Origin: an uncultured delta proteobacterium
GTDB lineage: Bacteria > Myxococcota > Myxococcia > Myxococcales > Myxococcaceae
DNA length: 64,000 nt
Assembly (NCBI GenBank): GCA_963776345.1
Contig: CAVZMH010000019.1
Location: forward strand, 128,001 to 192,000
Reading direction: 5' to 3'
Every line of letters begins with the position of its first letter. Position 1 is the first letter of the stretch. Under the pieces are notes generated by a model. That model searched no databases, had not been told where the DNA came from, and saw nothing but the letters and a program-made list of their open reading frames with translations. A program made the position numbers and the translations under genes. This document shows, piece after piece, positions 9,804 through 19,838 of this stretch.

Positions 9804-10531
9804 CCCTTCTTCGCCGGAGGCGGCTCGATCGCCTCCGGAGCGCAGATGATTCGGTGGCACGACGGGCAGACGTCCGTCTCCAGGGTGGTCTTCAGGGTGT
9901 TGTAGAGCTGCGGCGGCAGGCTCATGTTGCAGCCCTGGCAGGTCCCGGCCACCACGGTGACCAGCGCGGGCGTGCGGCGCTTCCGCACCGTCTCGTAGCG
10001 AGAGAGCAGCGGCGGGTGGACGCCCTTCGCCACCTCGGCCCGCTTTCCCCCCAGCTCCTTCACCTGTCCCTCGAAGCCGGCCACCTTCGCCCGGAGCTCG
10101 TTCAGCTTCCCGCCGACGTCCCCCACCTTCGCCCCGTACTGCTGCTCCTTGGCCTTCACCACCTCGCGGAGCTGGACCTGCATCTTCCCCAGCTCCACCA
10201 GCTCCTCGGCCATGGTGGTGTTGGCCTTCTTGGCGATGTCGATCTCCCGGGCCAGCGCGGCGTACTCGCGGGTGGAGCGCTGCTCGGACAGGCGCGCCTC
10301 CCACTTGCGCACCTTCTCCTTCTCCTCGACGATGTTCTGCTCCAGCGTCCGCCGCTGCCGCTCGACCTCGAGCAGCTTGGTGCGCTCGGCCTCGACCTCG
10401 CCCTTGGCCAGGGACAGCTCCCGCTCCAGCTCCCCCATCTGCCTCGGATAGACCTCCGCCGACTTGCGGAGCGCCACGACCTCCAGATCCACCTTCTGCA
10501 GATCGGCCAGGGCCTTCAATCGTTCCTGCAA
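9800..10531 (-). CDS. Coiled-coil protein with C4 zinc ribbon (DUF164-like)
   Basis: LQKVD start, long coiled coil, CQGC...CPSC; typical neighbour of rnhA; TTG start inferred. Confidence 0.88.
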   Translation of the reverse strand: MQERLKALADLQKVDLEVVALRKSAEVYPRQMGELERELSLAKGEVEAERTKLLEVERQRRTLEQNIVEEKEKVRKWEARLSEQRSTREYAALAREIDIAKKANTTMAEELVELGKMQVQLREVVKAKEQQYGAKVGDVGGKLNELRAKVAGFEGQVKELGGKRAEVAKGVHPPLLSRYETVRKRRTPALVTVVAGTCQGCNMSLPPQLYNTLKTTLETDVCPSCHRIICAPEAIEPPPAKKG

Positions 10532-10629
10532 AGCTGGGCTGCCTCCTGCCGCCGATACCGGCGCCGCGGCCTTGTAGCAACGAAGCCTTCGCGGTGCCAA
10601 CGCCCTCGCTCTGCTATCTCCTGGATGCG

Positions 10630-11118
10630 ATGCGTTTCTGTCCTCGGTGCGCCACGGCGCTGGTCCCTCGCCATACCGGCGCCCGGGAGCGCCAGGCCTG
10701 CCCGGGGCCGGACTGCGGCTTCGTCTTCTACGACAACCCGCTGCCGGTGGTGGCCGGGCTGGTGGAGCACGAGGGAGCCGTGCTCCTGGTCCGGTCCGTG
10801 GGCTGGCCGGAGTCGTGGTACGGCCTGGTGACCGGCTTCCTGGAGCGGGGCGAGGAGCCGGAGGCGGGAATCCTCCGCGAGCTCCGGGAGGAGCTGGGGC
10901 TCGAGGGGAGGGTGGTGCGACCCATCGGCGTCTACACCTTCCCCGAGCGCAACGAGCTCATCCTCGCCTACCACCTCGAGGCCAGGGGTGAGGTGCGCCT
11001 GGGCGCGGAGCTCGCCGGGGTGAAGCGCATCCACCCGGAGAAGCTGCGGCCGTGGCCCTTCGGAACCGGGCACGCCGTCCGGGACTGGCTGGAGCGCCGC
11101 CGCGCGGCCCCTCGCTGA
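10630..11118 (+). CDS. NUDIX hydrolase with N-terminal zinc ribbon
   Basis: FCPRC...CPGPDC, YDNP, Nudix box GFLERGEEPEAGILRELREELG. Confidence 0.9.
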   Translation: MRFCPRCATALVPRHTGARERQACPGPDCGFVFYDNPLPVVAGLVEHEGAVLLVRSVGWPESWYGLVTGFLERGEEPEAGILRELREELGLEGRVVRPIGVYTFPERNELILAYHLEARGEVRLGAELAGVKRIHPEKLRPWPFGTGHAVRDWLERRRAAPR

Positions 11119-11155
11119 CTGCGGCCGCCAGCTGACTGCGGCCGCCCTGACCTAG
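11114..11155. repeat. REP-like repeat, tandem copies of GCTGACTGCGGCCGCC(CTGACCTAG)
   Basis: Copies at 11114-11129 and 11131-11155; identical 24-mer at 59050-59073. Confidence 0.8.
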
Positions 11156-11439
11156 TCTTCCTCGTCCGGAGTGACTTCCTCCTCGTCGCCGAAGGTGTCG
11201 AGGTCCTCGGACTCCTCGGCCGCCTCCTCGGCGGGCTCCGGCTCGGGGGGCGCGGGCTCCACCGGGCGCGGCACCGCGGCCAGACGGCCCCGGCGAGGCT
11301 CCGGGGCCGGACGGTTGGCCGGGCTGTCCTTCTGGTCCGCCCCGCACTTCGGGCAGATCGCCTCGGGCTTTCTCAGGTCGTAGAACTTGGTCCCGCACTT
11401 GAAGCAGAGGTGCTTGGTCCCGAGGTCCTTCGCCGGCAT
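11152..11439 (-). CDS. FYDLN-acid domain protein (TIGR02300-like)
   Basis: [33 protein letters not shown] plus acidic tail. Confidence 0.9.
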   Translation of the reverse strand: MPAKDLGTKHLCFKCGTKFYDLRKPEAICPKCGADQKDSPANRPAPEPRRGRLAAVPRPVEPAPPEPEPAEEAAEESEDLDTFGDEEEVTPDEED

Positions 11440-11527
11440 CGACTCACCACCTTCGGTGCAGAGGGGAAACGCGAGGCGGCGATGTAGGCGTCCGGTGCCT
11501 CCCAAGTCAACGCTGGAAAGCCGTACG

Positions 11528-12796
11528 ATGCCCTCGGCGGCCTTGACCTTCTTCTGCGACAGCTGCGGACAGCCCCTCCTGCTCGAGGGCGAGGCATCCC
11601 CCGGACTCAGGGTCTCGTGCCCGAGCTGCCGGGAGATCGTGGAGGTGCCGCTCCCGGCCGGCGACGAGCCCCTGGAGCTGAGCTGGTTCGCCATGGTGCG
11701 CGGCTCCCAGGTGGGGCCCATGGCCCAGGGCCCGCTCGAGCAGCTCATCCGCGCCGGCGAGGTCACCCCCAAGAGCTTCGTCTGGTGCGAGGGGATGGCG
11801 GAGTGGCGGCGGGCCGAGACCCTGCCCCAGCTCGCCGGGTCCCTCGCCGCGACCCGACCCCCGAAACCGGCCAACACCGCCGACCTCTCGCAGCTCTTCA
11901 GCGACCTCGACCTGACCGTCTCCAGGCCGATGGACGCGCGCGCCGTGGAGCAGATGCTCTCCGGGAACCGGGCGCCCAAGACCGCCCTGCCCGGGCCCGC
12001 GGCCACCCCGACGGGGAGCACTCGCACCGCCACCCGGCGCTCGCGTCCGGTGGACGACGACGACCTCGAGGCCTCGGGTCTCGCCCGCCGCAACCCGCTG
12101 TGGAAGGTGGCCCTCGCGGTGGTGCTGCTGGTGGCCGTCCCGGTCGCCGGTCTGTACGCGCTCTCCAGCATGAAGGTCATCCCGCTCGAGGTCCCCCGGG
12201 TCGACCCGGCGACCGGCGCCTCGGTCAACGAGCCCGTCTTCTCGGCCAGGGGCGTCCGTGGGCTCAAGGACCTGCTGCTCGGCAACGCGCCGCCGCCCGC
12301 GCCCCCGGCGCCTCCGCGGGAGGTCCGCGCGCCGCCACCGAAGCCTGCGCCCCCCCCGGCGCCCGTGGCGTCCGCGCCGAAGCCCGAGCCGCCCGCCTCG
12401 CCCGAGCTCAAGAAGCTCTACGCCGACTCCCGGAAGGCCGACGTCGGCCCCACCGTGACTCCCAGCCCGGGCCAGGCGGCCGCGCCTGCGTCGTCCGGTG
12501 CCGGACCGAACGCCCAGGCCCTGGCGAAGGTGGTGGCGCCGAGCGGGCCGGCGTTCCAGGGCTGCATCGAGCAGCAGCTGAGGCGGACGCCGAACTTCCG
12601 GGGCGGCAAGGTCAATCTCGTGGCCACGGTGGGGGCATCGGGCACCGTCAAGCAGGCCCGGCTCGACCGGAAGGAGATCGACGTGTCCGACCTCGGCAGC
12701 TGCCTCAAGTCGCGCGCGAGGAGGCTGGTGTTCCCGTCCTTCGAGGGCGAGGACGTCGAGGTGGAGATCCCCCTGGTGCTCACCGCAGCGCTCTGA
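11528..12796 (+). CDS. AgmX/GltJ-like protein: zinc ribbon, GYF_2, TM, Pro-rich linker, TonB-C-like domain
   Basis: CDSC...CPSC; WF...QVGP...VWCEGMAEW; one TM; FQGCIEQ...CLKS...FPSF C-terminal pattern. Confidence 0.8.
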   Translation: MPSAALTFFCDSCGQPLLLEGEASPGLRVSCPSCREIVEVPLPAGDEPLELSWFAMVRGSQVGPMAQGPLEQLIRAGEVTPKSFVWCEGMAEWRRAETLPQLAGSLAATRPPKPANTADLSQLFSDLDLTVSRPMDARAVEQMLSGNRAPKTALPGPAATPTGSTRTATRRSRPVDDDDLEASGLARRNPLWKVALAVVLLVAVPVAGLYALSSMKVIPLEVPRVDPATGASVNEPVFSARGVRGLKDLLLGNAPPPAPPAPPREVRAPPPKPAPPPAPVASAPKPEPPASPELKKLYADSRKADVGPTVTPSPGQAAAPASSGAGPNAQALAKVVAPSGPAFQGCIEQQLRRTPNFRGGKVNLVATVGASGTVKQARLDRKEIDVSDLGSCLKSRARRLVFPSFEGEDVEVEIPLVLTAAL

Positions 12797-13599
12797 TGCG
12801 GTCCGTGGTCCTCAGCGCGTGGGTGGAGGCCGTGCAGTCCTGGAACGGCACGGGTCCTCCGCCGTCGGCCAGCGCCGTCGGCCTGGTCCGTCCGGGCGGC
12901 CCGGTGGCGCAGCGTCCCTGGGGACCGGAGGCCGCCGCCGCGCTCGCCGCGCCCGGCGCGCTCGCCCCGTACCTGGACCACACGCTGCTCCGGCCCGACG
13001 CGACCGACGGAGAGGTCGAGGCGCTCGGCGTCGAGGCGCGGCAGCACGGGCTCGGTGGCGCCTGCGTGCATCCGGTGCACGTGGCCACCCTGGTGCGCGC
13101 GCTCGACGGCAGCGCGGTCGAGCCGGTCTCGGTGGTCGGCTTCCCTCATGGCGCGCACCTCACCGAGATCAAGCTGCTCGAGGCGCGCCGGGCCGCCGAC
13201 GAGGGCGCCCGCGCGGTGGACGTCGTCGCCCCGCTCGGGCTGCTGAAGGAAGGCGACGTCGGCCGGGTGCTCCAGGAGCTCCGGGCTCTGGTCTCGGCGC
13301 TGGCGCCGGTGCCGGTGCGCCTCATCCTCGAGACCGGGCTCCTCCCTCCGCGCGCGGTGGCGCTCGGAGCGGGGCTCGCGGTCGCTGCGGGGTGCGACGC
13401 GGTCAAGACCTCCACCGGCTTCAACGGCCCGGGCGCGCGGCCCGAGGACGTGGCGCTCCTCCGCGCGGTGGTGGGCAGCGTGCTGGGAGTGAAGGCGTCG
13501 GGGGGCATCCGCACCGCGGCCCAGGCCCGGGCGCTGGTGGCCGCCGGAGCGAGCCGGCTCGGCGCGTCGTCGTCGCTGGCCCTGCTTGCCGGCGGGTGA
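12796..13599 (+). CDS. deoC: Deoxyribose-phosphate aldolase
   Basis: DHTLL, VVGFPHG, ILETG, VKTSTGF, VKASGGIR, RLGASS; TGATG overlap with the upstream gene. Confidence 0.93.
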   Translation: MRSVVLSAWVEAVQSWNGTGPPPSASAVGLVRPGGPVAQRPWGPEAAAALAAPGALAPYLDHTLLRPDATDGEVEALGVEARQHGLGGACVHPVHVATLVRALDGSAVEPVSVVGFPHGAHLTEIKLLEARRAADEGARAVDVVAPLGLLKEGDVGRVLQELRALVSALAPVPVRLILETGLLPPRAVALGAGLAVAAGCDAVKTSTGFNGPGARPEDVALLRAVVGSVLGVKASGGIRTAAQARALVAAGASRLGASSSLALLAGG

Positions 13600-13654
13600 C
13601 TTCGGGGCTGGTAATGAGGCCCTGGCGGGCTAGAAGGACGGGCCCGGGAGTCCC

Positions 13655-14053
13655 ATGGGGCTGACCGCCGCTCAGAAGAGGACGCTTCGCCGCGCGCTGC
13701 AGGCGCTGGTCAGCGACGTGTCCGCGCGGGGGCTCCAGCGCATCGCCCCCAACCGCACCGACGAGACCACGGTGGGCGGGGAAGAGGACGAGCAGCCGCT
13801 CAACGAGATGCTCCAGGCCATCGCCTCGGACCGGAACCGCGCCGTCGGCGATGCGCTGGGGCGCGCGCAGCGGGCGCTGGACAAGCTGGACCACGCCCCC
13901 GACGAGGCCGGTGCGTGCGAGGAGTGCGGCGAGGGCATCCCCTGGGGACGGCTGAAGGCGATGCCCTACGCCGAGCTGTGCGTGGCCTGCCAGGGCAAGC
14001 GCGACGGGCCGCAGCGCGGACCCACCCGACGAGGCCTGACGGATTTCAGATGA
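13655..14053 (+). CDS. TraR/DksA C4-zinc-finger protein
   Basis: Coiled coil, then CEECGEGIPWGRLKAMPYAELCVAC. Confidence 0.88.
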   Translation: MGLTAAQKRTLRRALQALVSDVSARGLQRIAPNRTDETTVGGEEDEQPLNEMLQAIASDRNRAVGDALGRAQRALDKLDHAPDEAGACEECGEGIPWGRLKAMPYAELCVACQGKRDGPQRGPTRRGLTDFR

Positions 14054-15813
14054 CGATGGACCACACCGCACTCATCCGGGAGGTCGACGCCTGGAGCGCC
14101 GCCGATCCCGACGAGACGACGCGCGCCGAGCTGCAGCGGCTGCTCGAGGCCGAGGACTTCCCCGAGCTCGAGGACCGCTTCGCCGGCGGTCTGCAGTTCG
14201 GGACCGCGGGGCTGCGCGGGGTCGTCGGCGCCGGCCCGAACCGGATGAACCGCGCGGTGGTGCGCCGGGCCACCGCGGGGCTCGCCGCGCATCTGCTCGC
14301 CACGGTGCCGGACGCCACGCGGCGCGGGGTGGTGGTGGCCCGGGACGGGCGGCGGATGAGCAAGGAGTTCGCAGAGGACACGGCGGCGGTGCTGGCTGCG
14401 TCCGGCATCCCCGCGCTGGTTCGCGACGGCTTCACCCCCACGCCGCTCTGCGCCTTCCTGGTGGAGCGGCTCGGAGCCTCGGCCGGGGTGATGGTGACCG
14501 CCAGCCACAACCCGCCCGAGTACAACGGCTACAAGCTGTACTGGGGGAACGGCGCGCAGATCATCCCGCCCCAGGACGCCGCCATCGCGGAGGCCATCTC
14601 CCGGGTGGGCCCGGCGCGCGACATCCCGCTGGCCGACCTTCCCGACGCCCGGGCCCGCGGGCTGGTCCGCGACGTCGGGCCCGAGCTGGACCGGGCGTAC
14701 CTCGAGGGCGTGCTCGGGCTCCGGCTCCACCCGGGCGAGGGGACGGACCTCTGCATCGTCTACACCCCGATGCACGGCGTCGGGGGCCCGCTGGCGCTCG
14801 AGGCGCTACGGCGCGCCGGGTTCTCCCGGGTGCATGCGGTCACCGAGCAGCTCGAGCCGGACCCGTCGTTCCCCACCGTGCGCTTCCCGAATCCCGAGGA
14901 GCCGGGGGCGATGGACCTCTCGCGCGCCCTGGCCGAGCGCACCCGCGCCGATCTCGTCCTGGCCAACGACCCCGACGCGGACCGTCTCGCGGTGCTCACC
15001 CGCGCGGCGTCCGGCGAGCTGCGGGCGCTCACCGGGAACGAGGTCGGGGTGCTGCTCGGGCACTACCTGCTCACGCAGGGACCGAGGCGCGAGCGGCCGC
15101 TGGTGATGACCACCATCGTCAGCTCCACCCAGCTCGGGGCGATGGCCCACCGGCTGGGCGCCCTCTACGACGAGACGCTCACCGGCTTCAAATGGATCGC
15201 CAACCGCGCGATGGAGCGCGCGGCCCGGGACGGCGCCCAGCTGGTCTTCGCCTACGAGGAGGCGCTCGGCTACACCGTGGGCACGCTGGTCCGCGACAAG
15301 GACGGCATCGGGTCGGCGCTGGTCATGGCCGACCTGGCCGGCTGGGCCCGGGCGCGGGGGACCACCGTCCTGGGCTACCTCGAGGAGATCCAGCGCGAGT
15401 TCGGGGTCTACCTCTCGCGCCAGCGCAGCTTCACCCTCCCCGGCGCCACCGGGGCCGAGACCATCGCCCGGGTGATGGACGCCTTCCGCAAGACCCCCCC
15501 CGCGCGGGTGGGCGAGCGCACGGTGGAGACGGTGAAGGACTACCAGGCCCGGATGCGCACCGCCCACGGACGCTCTGAGCCGCTCTCGCTGCCACCCTCG
15601 AACGTGCTCGCCTACGGGCTCGAGGGCGGCGGGCAGGTGACGCTCCGGCCCTCCGGCACCGAGCCGAAGATCAAGTACTACTTCGAGCTGCCCGAGCGGC
15701 TCTCCCCCGGCGAGGAGGTGGAGACCGCGCGCCGCCGGGGCGAGCAGCGGCTGGAAGAGCTTGAGCGCGACTTCCTCGAGCTGGCCACCGCCCGGGGTCA
15801 GCCCCGGGTGTGA
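14050..15813 (+). CDS. alpha-D-phosphohexomutase, PGM2-like; probable phosphopentomutase
   Basis: FGTAGLRG, TASHNP, DPDADR, GFKWI, YEEALG, RPSGTEPKIK. Confidence 0.9.
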   Translation: MTMDHTALIREVDAWSAADPDETTRAELQRLLEAEDFPELEDRFAGGLQFGTAGLRGVVGAGPNRMNRAVVRRATAGLAAHLLATVPDATRRGVVVARDGRRMSKEFAEDTAAVLAASGIPALVRDGFTPTPLCAFLVERLGASAGVMVTASHNPPEYNGYKLYWGNGAQIIPPQDAAIAEAISRVGPARDIPLADLPDARARGLVRDVGPELDRAYLEGVLGLRLHPGEGTDLCIVYTPMHGVGGPLALEALRRAGFSRVHAVTEQLEPDPSFPTVRFPNPEEPGAMDLSRALAERTRADLVLANDPDADRLAVLTRAASGELRALTGNEVGVLLGHYLLTQGPRRERPLVMTTIVSSTQLGAMAHRLGALYDETLTGFKWIANRAMERAARDGAQLVFAYEEALGYTVGTLVRDKDGIGSALVMADLAGWARARGTTVLGYLEEIQREFGVYLSRQRSFTLPGATGAETIARVMDAFRKTPPARVGERTVETVKDYQARMRTAHGRSEPLSLPPSNVLAYGLEGGGQVTLRPSGTEPKIKYYFELPERLSPGEEVETARRRGEQRLEELERDFLELATARGQPRV

Positions 15814-16064
15814 AACTCCAACCCCGGTGTCAGCGCTTGCTGCCACACCACACGGCGGAGGCCGAGATGCGTCCCACTGTCGCCACCCAGCGTCGCGTCC
15901 CGCTTCTGACACCGGCCCGCGTTTCTCGCTGTACCTGCTCCCCGTCACGGCCTACGGTTTTCCGCTCAACCGACGGGGACGGCGCCGGCCAGGAGGGAAT
16001 CCTCCGGCGCCCGGGCCCTGGAGGCCCGGACGGTTGCTGATCGCGCTGATCTAGGGGAGGACAT

Positions 16065-16724
16065 GTGAGAGCTGCGAAACTCAATGCAGTCGGCTGGACG
16101 GCAGTCTTCGCGCTGTGCCTCGGTGGGGTGGCGAACGCCCAGACCACCACCGTTGCCAACCACTGGACCGTGGACTCCGGGGAGACGGTCGGGGCGGGCG
16201 CGAACGTGCTCCGGGGTCAGGTGGGCTTCCCGGGCTTCACCGGTGACTTCATCCACGGGCTCGATCCGACCTTCGACATCGGCGCTCGCATCTGGCTGAA
16301 CTACGCGATCGAGGGCGTGACCAACGCCTCGGCGTTCGAGTTCAAGGTCCAGCTGACGCTCCGCAAGCAGTTCATGGACAACGGGAAGCTGAAGCTGGCC
16401 GGGACCTTCGACCCGGGCTTCCTGGTCTGGTCGAGCGGGGGAACCGTCAGCGGCCTCACGTTCCCCATCGGGCTGCAGCTCGGCATCCCGATCGACAGCA
16501 AGGTCACCATCAACGCCTCGTTCGACATTCCGATGTACGTGACCTTCGGGACCTTCGGGAACTTCCACCTTCCGCTCCTCTTCGGCGGCGGGGTCGAGTA
16601 CCTCCTCGAGCCGAACCTGGCGCTCACCTTCCACCTGAAGGTCGGCCCCGACATCGGCTTCGGAGACTTCAGCTCGACGAACTTCGCGCTCTACGCGCTG
16701 TTCGGCGTCGCCTACAAGATGTGA
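16065..16724 (+). CDS. Hypothetical outer-membrane beta-barrel protein
   Basis: GGGGAGG RBS before GTG; signal peptide ending ANA; amphipathic beta-strands; C-terminal GVAYKM. Confidence 0.7.
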   Translation: MRAAKLNAVGWTAVFALCLGGVANAQTTTVANHWTVDSGETVGAGANVLRGQVGFPGFTGDFIHGLDPTFDIGARIWLNYAIEGVTNASAFEFKVQLTLRKQFMDNGKLKLAGTFDPGFLVWSSGGTVSGLTFPIGLQLGIPIDSKVTINASFDIPMYVTFGTFGNFHLPLLFGGGVEYLLEPNLALTFHLKVGPDIGFGDFSSTNFALYALFGVAYKM

Positions 16725-16756
16725 CGGCCTCCAGGCCGTGCTGAGGTGATGCCCGG

Positions 16757-18073
16757 ATGACCCCGTACGAGCTCATCCGGGCCAAGCGCGATGGCGGCGC
16801 GCTGCCGCCGGACGCGCTGCGCGGTTTGCTCGCCGCGTACGCCCGCGGGGAGGTCCCGGACTACCAGATGGCCGCCCTGTGCATGGCGGTCTTCTTCCGG
16901 GGCCTCGACGCGGCCGAGCTGCGGACCTGGACCGAGGCCATGCTCCACTCGGGGAGCACGCTCCGGCGCCGGCCCGGCTCGCCGCCGCGGGTCGACAAGC
17001 ACTCGACCGGTGGGGTGGGGGACAAGGTCTCCCTCTGCCTCGCTCCGCTCGTGGCAGCCTGCGGCCTGGCCGTCCCGATGGTGAGCGGCCGCGGGCTCGG
17101 CCACACCGGCGGCACGCTGGACAAGCTCGCCGCCATCCCCGGGTTTCGCACCGACCTGTCGCTCGCCGAGGCCGACCGCGTCCTGGGTGAGCTGGGGGTG
17201 TGCATGCTCGGGCAGACCGACGAGCTCGCCCCGGCCGACCGGCGGCTGTACGCGCTCCGCGACGTCACCGCGACGGTGGACTCCATCCCGCTCATCGCCG
17301 CCAGCATCCTGAGCAAGAAGCTCGCCGAGGACCTGGACGGGCTGGTGCTCGACGTGAAGGTCGGCTCGGGCGCGTTCATGCGCCGGCAGCAGGAGGCCGA
17401 GCGGCTCGCGCGGACGCTGGTGGACCTGGCCCGGGACCTGGGCTGCCCGGCCGTCGCCTGGCTCACCTCGATGGACGCCCCGCTCGGCCGCGCCGTGGGC
17501 AACGGCAACGAGCTGCTCGAGGCCGTGGACGTGCTCCGCGGCGAGGGCCCCGCGGACGTGCGCGCGCTCACCCTCCGCCTCGGCGCCGAGATGCTGGTGC
17601 TCGGGCGGCAGGCCGGGAGCGTCCCCGAGGCGGAGCGGCGGCTCGCGGCGGCCATCGCCGACGGCTCGGGCCTGGAGCGCTTCCGGGCGCTGGTCCGTGC
17701 GCAGGGCGGAGACCCGGGCCTGCTCGACAGTCCGGCGCGCCTGCTCGGTCCACTGGAGACGACGGAGGTGCGCGCGGAGCGGGCCGGTCACCTCGCGTCC
17801 GTCGACACGCTGGCGGTGGGCCTCGCGGCCGTGGTGCTCGGCGCGGGCCGCACCCGGAGCGACGACTCCATCGACCCCGGCGTCGGACTCACCGTGCTCC
17901 ACCGGCCCGGCGACCGGGTGGAGCGGGGCGAGGCGCTGGTCGCGGTTCACCACCGGTCCGGTCAGGACGTGGGGAAGGTGTGCCGCCGGCTCGCGTCAGC
18001 GGTGCGCATCGGCGACGCGGTCGAGCCCGTTCCGCCGCTGCTCCTCGCCCGGCTGGAGGCCTCGCGGCCATGA
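16757..18073 (+). CDS. deoA: Thymidine/pyrimidine-nucleoside phosphorylase
   Basis: DKHSTGGVGDK, SGRGLGHTGGTLDKL, LYALRDVTAT, SILSKK. Confidence 0.95.
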   Translation: MTPYELIRAKRDGGALPPDALRGLLAAYARGEVPDYQMAALCMAVFFRGLDAAELRTWTEAMLHSGSTLRRRPGSPPRVDKHSTGGVGDKVSLCLAPLVAACGLAVPMVSGRGLGHTGGTLDKLAAIPGFRTDLSLAEADRVLGELGVCMLGQTDELAPADRRLYALRDVTATVDSIPLIAASILSKKLAEDLDGLVLDVKVGSGAFMRRQQEAERLARTLVDLARDLGCPAVAWLTSMDAPLGRAVGNGNELLEAVDVLRGEGPADVRALTLRLGAEMLVLGRQAGSVPEAERRLAAAIADGSGLERFRALVRAQGGDPGLLDSPARLLGPLETTEVRAERAGHLASVDTLAVGLAAVVLGAGRTRSDDSIDPGVGLTVLHRPGDRVERGEALVAVHHRSGQDVGKVCRRLASAVRIGDAVEPVPPLLLARLEASRP

Positions 18074-18912
18074 GCACGCTCTTCGACCGGCTCCAGGAAT
18101 CGGCCGCGGCGGTGCGGGCGCGACTTCCGGGCGCCGAGCCCGAGGTGGCGCTGGTGCTGGGGAGCGGGCTCGCCGGGGCGGTGCGGCTGCTCGAGGAGCC
18201 ACGGAGCCTCCCGCTCGCCGACCTTCCGCACGTGGGCACGCCGAGCGTCTCCGGTCATCCGGGCCGCCTGGTCGTCGGCCGGGTGGGACGGGTGCGGGTC
18301 GGCGTGCTCCAGGGCCGGCTGCACACCTACGAGGGCTGGACCGCCGCCGAGACGGCGTACCCGGTCCGTCTGCTCATCACCCTCGGCGCCCGGGTGGTGG
18401 TCCTCACCAACGCCTCGGGCGGGGTGCGCGACGGGCTTCGCGGGGGCGACTGGATGGCCGTCACCGACCACCTGAACCTCGGCGGGAGGAACCCGCTCGA
18501 GGGGCCCAACGACCCGAGGCTGGGGCCCCGCTTCCCGGACCTGTCGCATGCCTACGACCCGGGGCTCCGCGCGCTGCTCCTGCGCGCCGCGGACGGGGCC
18601 GGGGTTCCGCTCCAGGAGGGCGTCTACGCGATGATGCCCGGCCCCTCGTACGAGACGCCGGCGGAGATCCAGATGCTCCGGCGCCTCGGCGCGGACGCGG
18701 TGGGCATGAGCACCGTCCCCGAGGTCATCGCCGCGGTGCACATGGGCGCCCGGGTGGTCTGCCTGAGCTGCATCACCAACGCCGCCGCCGGGCTCGGCGG
18801 CGCCCTCTCCCACGCCGAGGTCGAGGCGACGGCGCGGGAGGCCGAGGAAGGGGGAGTTCGCATCCTCCGGGCTTTCCTGGAGATGCTGGAGGGGTCGCCC
18901 GGACCGGGGTGA
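18070..18912 (+). CDS. punA: Purine-nucleoside phosphorylase, trimeric type
   Basis: LGSGL, GRLHTYEG, TNASGG, GPSYETPAE, VGMSTVPE, ITN. Confidence 0.93.
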   Translation: MSTLFDRLQESAAAVRARLPGAEPEVALVLGSGLAGAVRLLEEPRSLPLADLPHVGTPSVSGHPGRLVVGRVGRVRVGVLQGRLHTYEGWTAAETAYPVRLLITLGARVVVLTNASGGVRDGLRGGDWMAVTDHLNLGGRNPLEGPNDPRLGPRFPDLSHAYDPGLRALLLRAADGAGVPLQEGVYAMMPGPSYETPAEIQMLRRLGADAVGMSTVPEVIAAVHMGARVVCLSCITNAAAGLGGALSHAEVEATAREAEEGGVRILRAFLEMLEGSPGPG

Positions 18913-18992
18913 GGGTGAATCCCACCTCCGCGGGGGTCTGCGCCGACGTACCTTCCTTACTCGTCTGTCCCCCATGTAAGCTTCCGGCCAGC

Positions 18993-19346
18993 ATGGAGGC
19001 CTCCTCCACCGAGCAGTCGGCGACCGAGCGGCCGCACGACCGGCGGGACTCGCCGCGGGTGCCGTTCCGCTTCCTGGCCCGCTGCGCGCGGGACGGGGAG
19101 CCCTTCGAGGAGACCCGCGGGGACCTCAGCATCGGCGGCGTGTTCTGGGGCACCACCCACGAGCCGCACGCGCCGGAGGTGGAGGTCCGGGTCATCCTGC
19201 CGGGCGAGCACAACGAGATCCACGCCCGGGGGCAGATCGTCGGCCGCCGCGACACCGGGTTCCACATCCGCTTCACCGCGCTCGCCACCGACGACGAGCT
19301 GGCCATCGCCCGCTACATCGACGAGGTGGGCATCGGCTGGGAGTAG
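18993..19346 (+). CDS. Stand-alone PilZ domain protein
   Basis: RRDSPR (RxxxR) and DLSIGG (DxSxxG). Confidence 0.85.
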   Translation: MEASSTEQSATERPHDRRDSPRVPFRFLARCARDGEPFEETRGDLSIGGVFWGTTHEPHAPEVEVRVILPGEHNEIHARGQIVGRRDTGFHIRFTALATDDELAIARYIDEVGIGWE

Positions 19347-19374
19347 CGGGGAGGCCTCCTGTAGGTTTGTGGGC

Positions 19375-19809
19375 ATGGAGCCGGACTGGTCAGCGCTGGA
19401 GGCGGCCGCCCGCGCGGCGATTCCCCGGGCGTACGCGCCGTACTCGCGCTTCCCGGTGGCGGCGGCCCTCCGCTTCGCGGACGGCCAGGTGCTCGCCGCG
19501 GTGAACGTGGAGAACGCCTCGTACCCCTTGAGCCTCTGCGCCGAGCGCGCCGCGGTGGCGGCGGGCATCGCCGGCGGGCACGGGCCGGTGCGCGCGGTGC
19601 TGGTGCTCACCGGCGCCGCCGAGCCCACCACCCCCTGCGGAGGGTGCCGCCAGGTGCTGGCCGAGCACGGCGCCCCCGACGTCCCGGTGCGCTCGCTGAC
19701 CCTGCAGGGACGCACCGCCGAGCACCGCCTCGGTGCGCTGCTTCCCGACGCATTCCGCTCGGAGTCGCACGACCGGCGCAATCCCCCCCTCCCCGGGGAC
19801 GTATGGTAA
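19375..19809 (+). CDS. cdd: Cytidine deaminase
   Basis: [25 protein letters not shown]. Confidence 0.93.
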   Translation: MEPDWSALEAAARAAIPRAYAPYSRFPVAAALRFADGQVLAAVNVENASYPLSLCAERAAVAAGIAGGHGPVRAVLVLTGAAEPTTPCGGCRQVLAEHGAPDVPVRSLTLQGRTAEHRLGALLPDAFRSESHDRRNPPLPGDVW

Positions 19810-19838
19810 GCCGCCACCGACGACAGGTGACCTGACCC

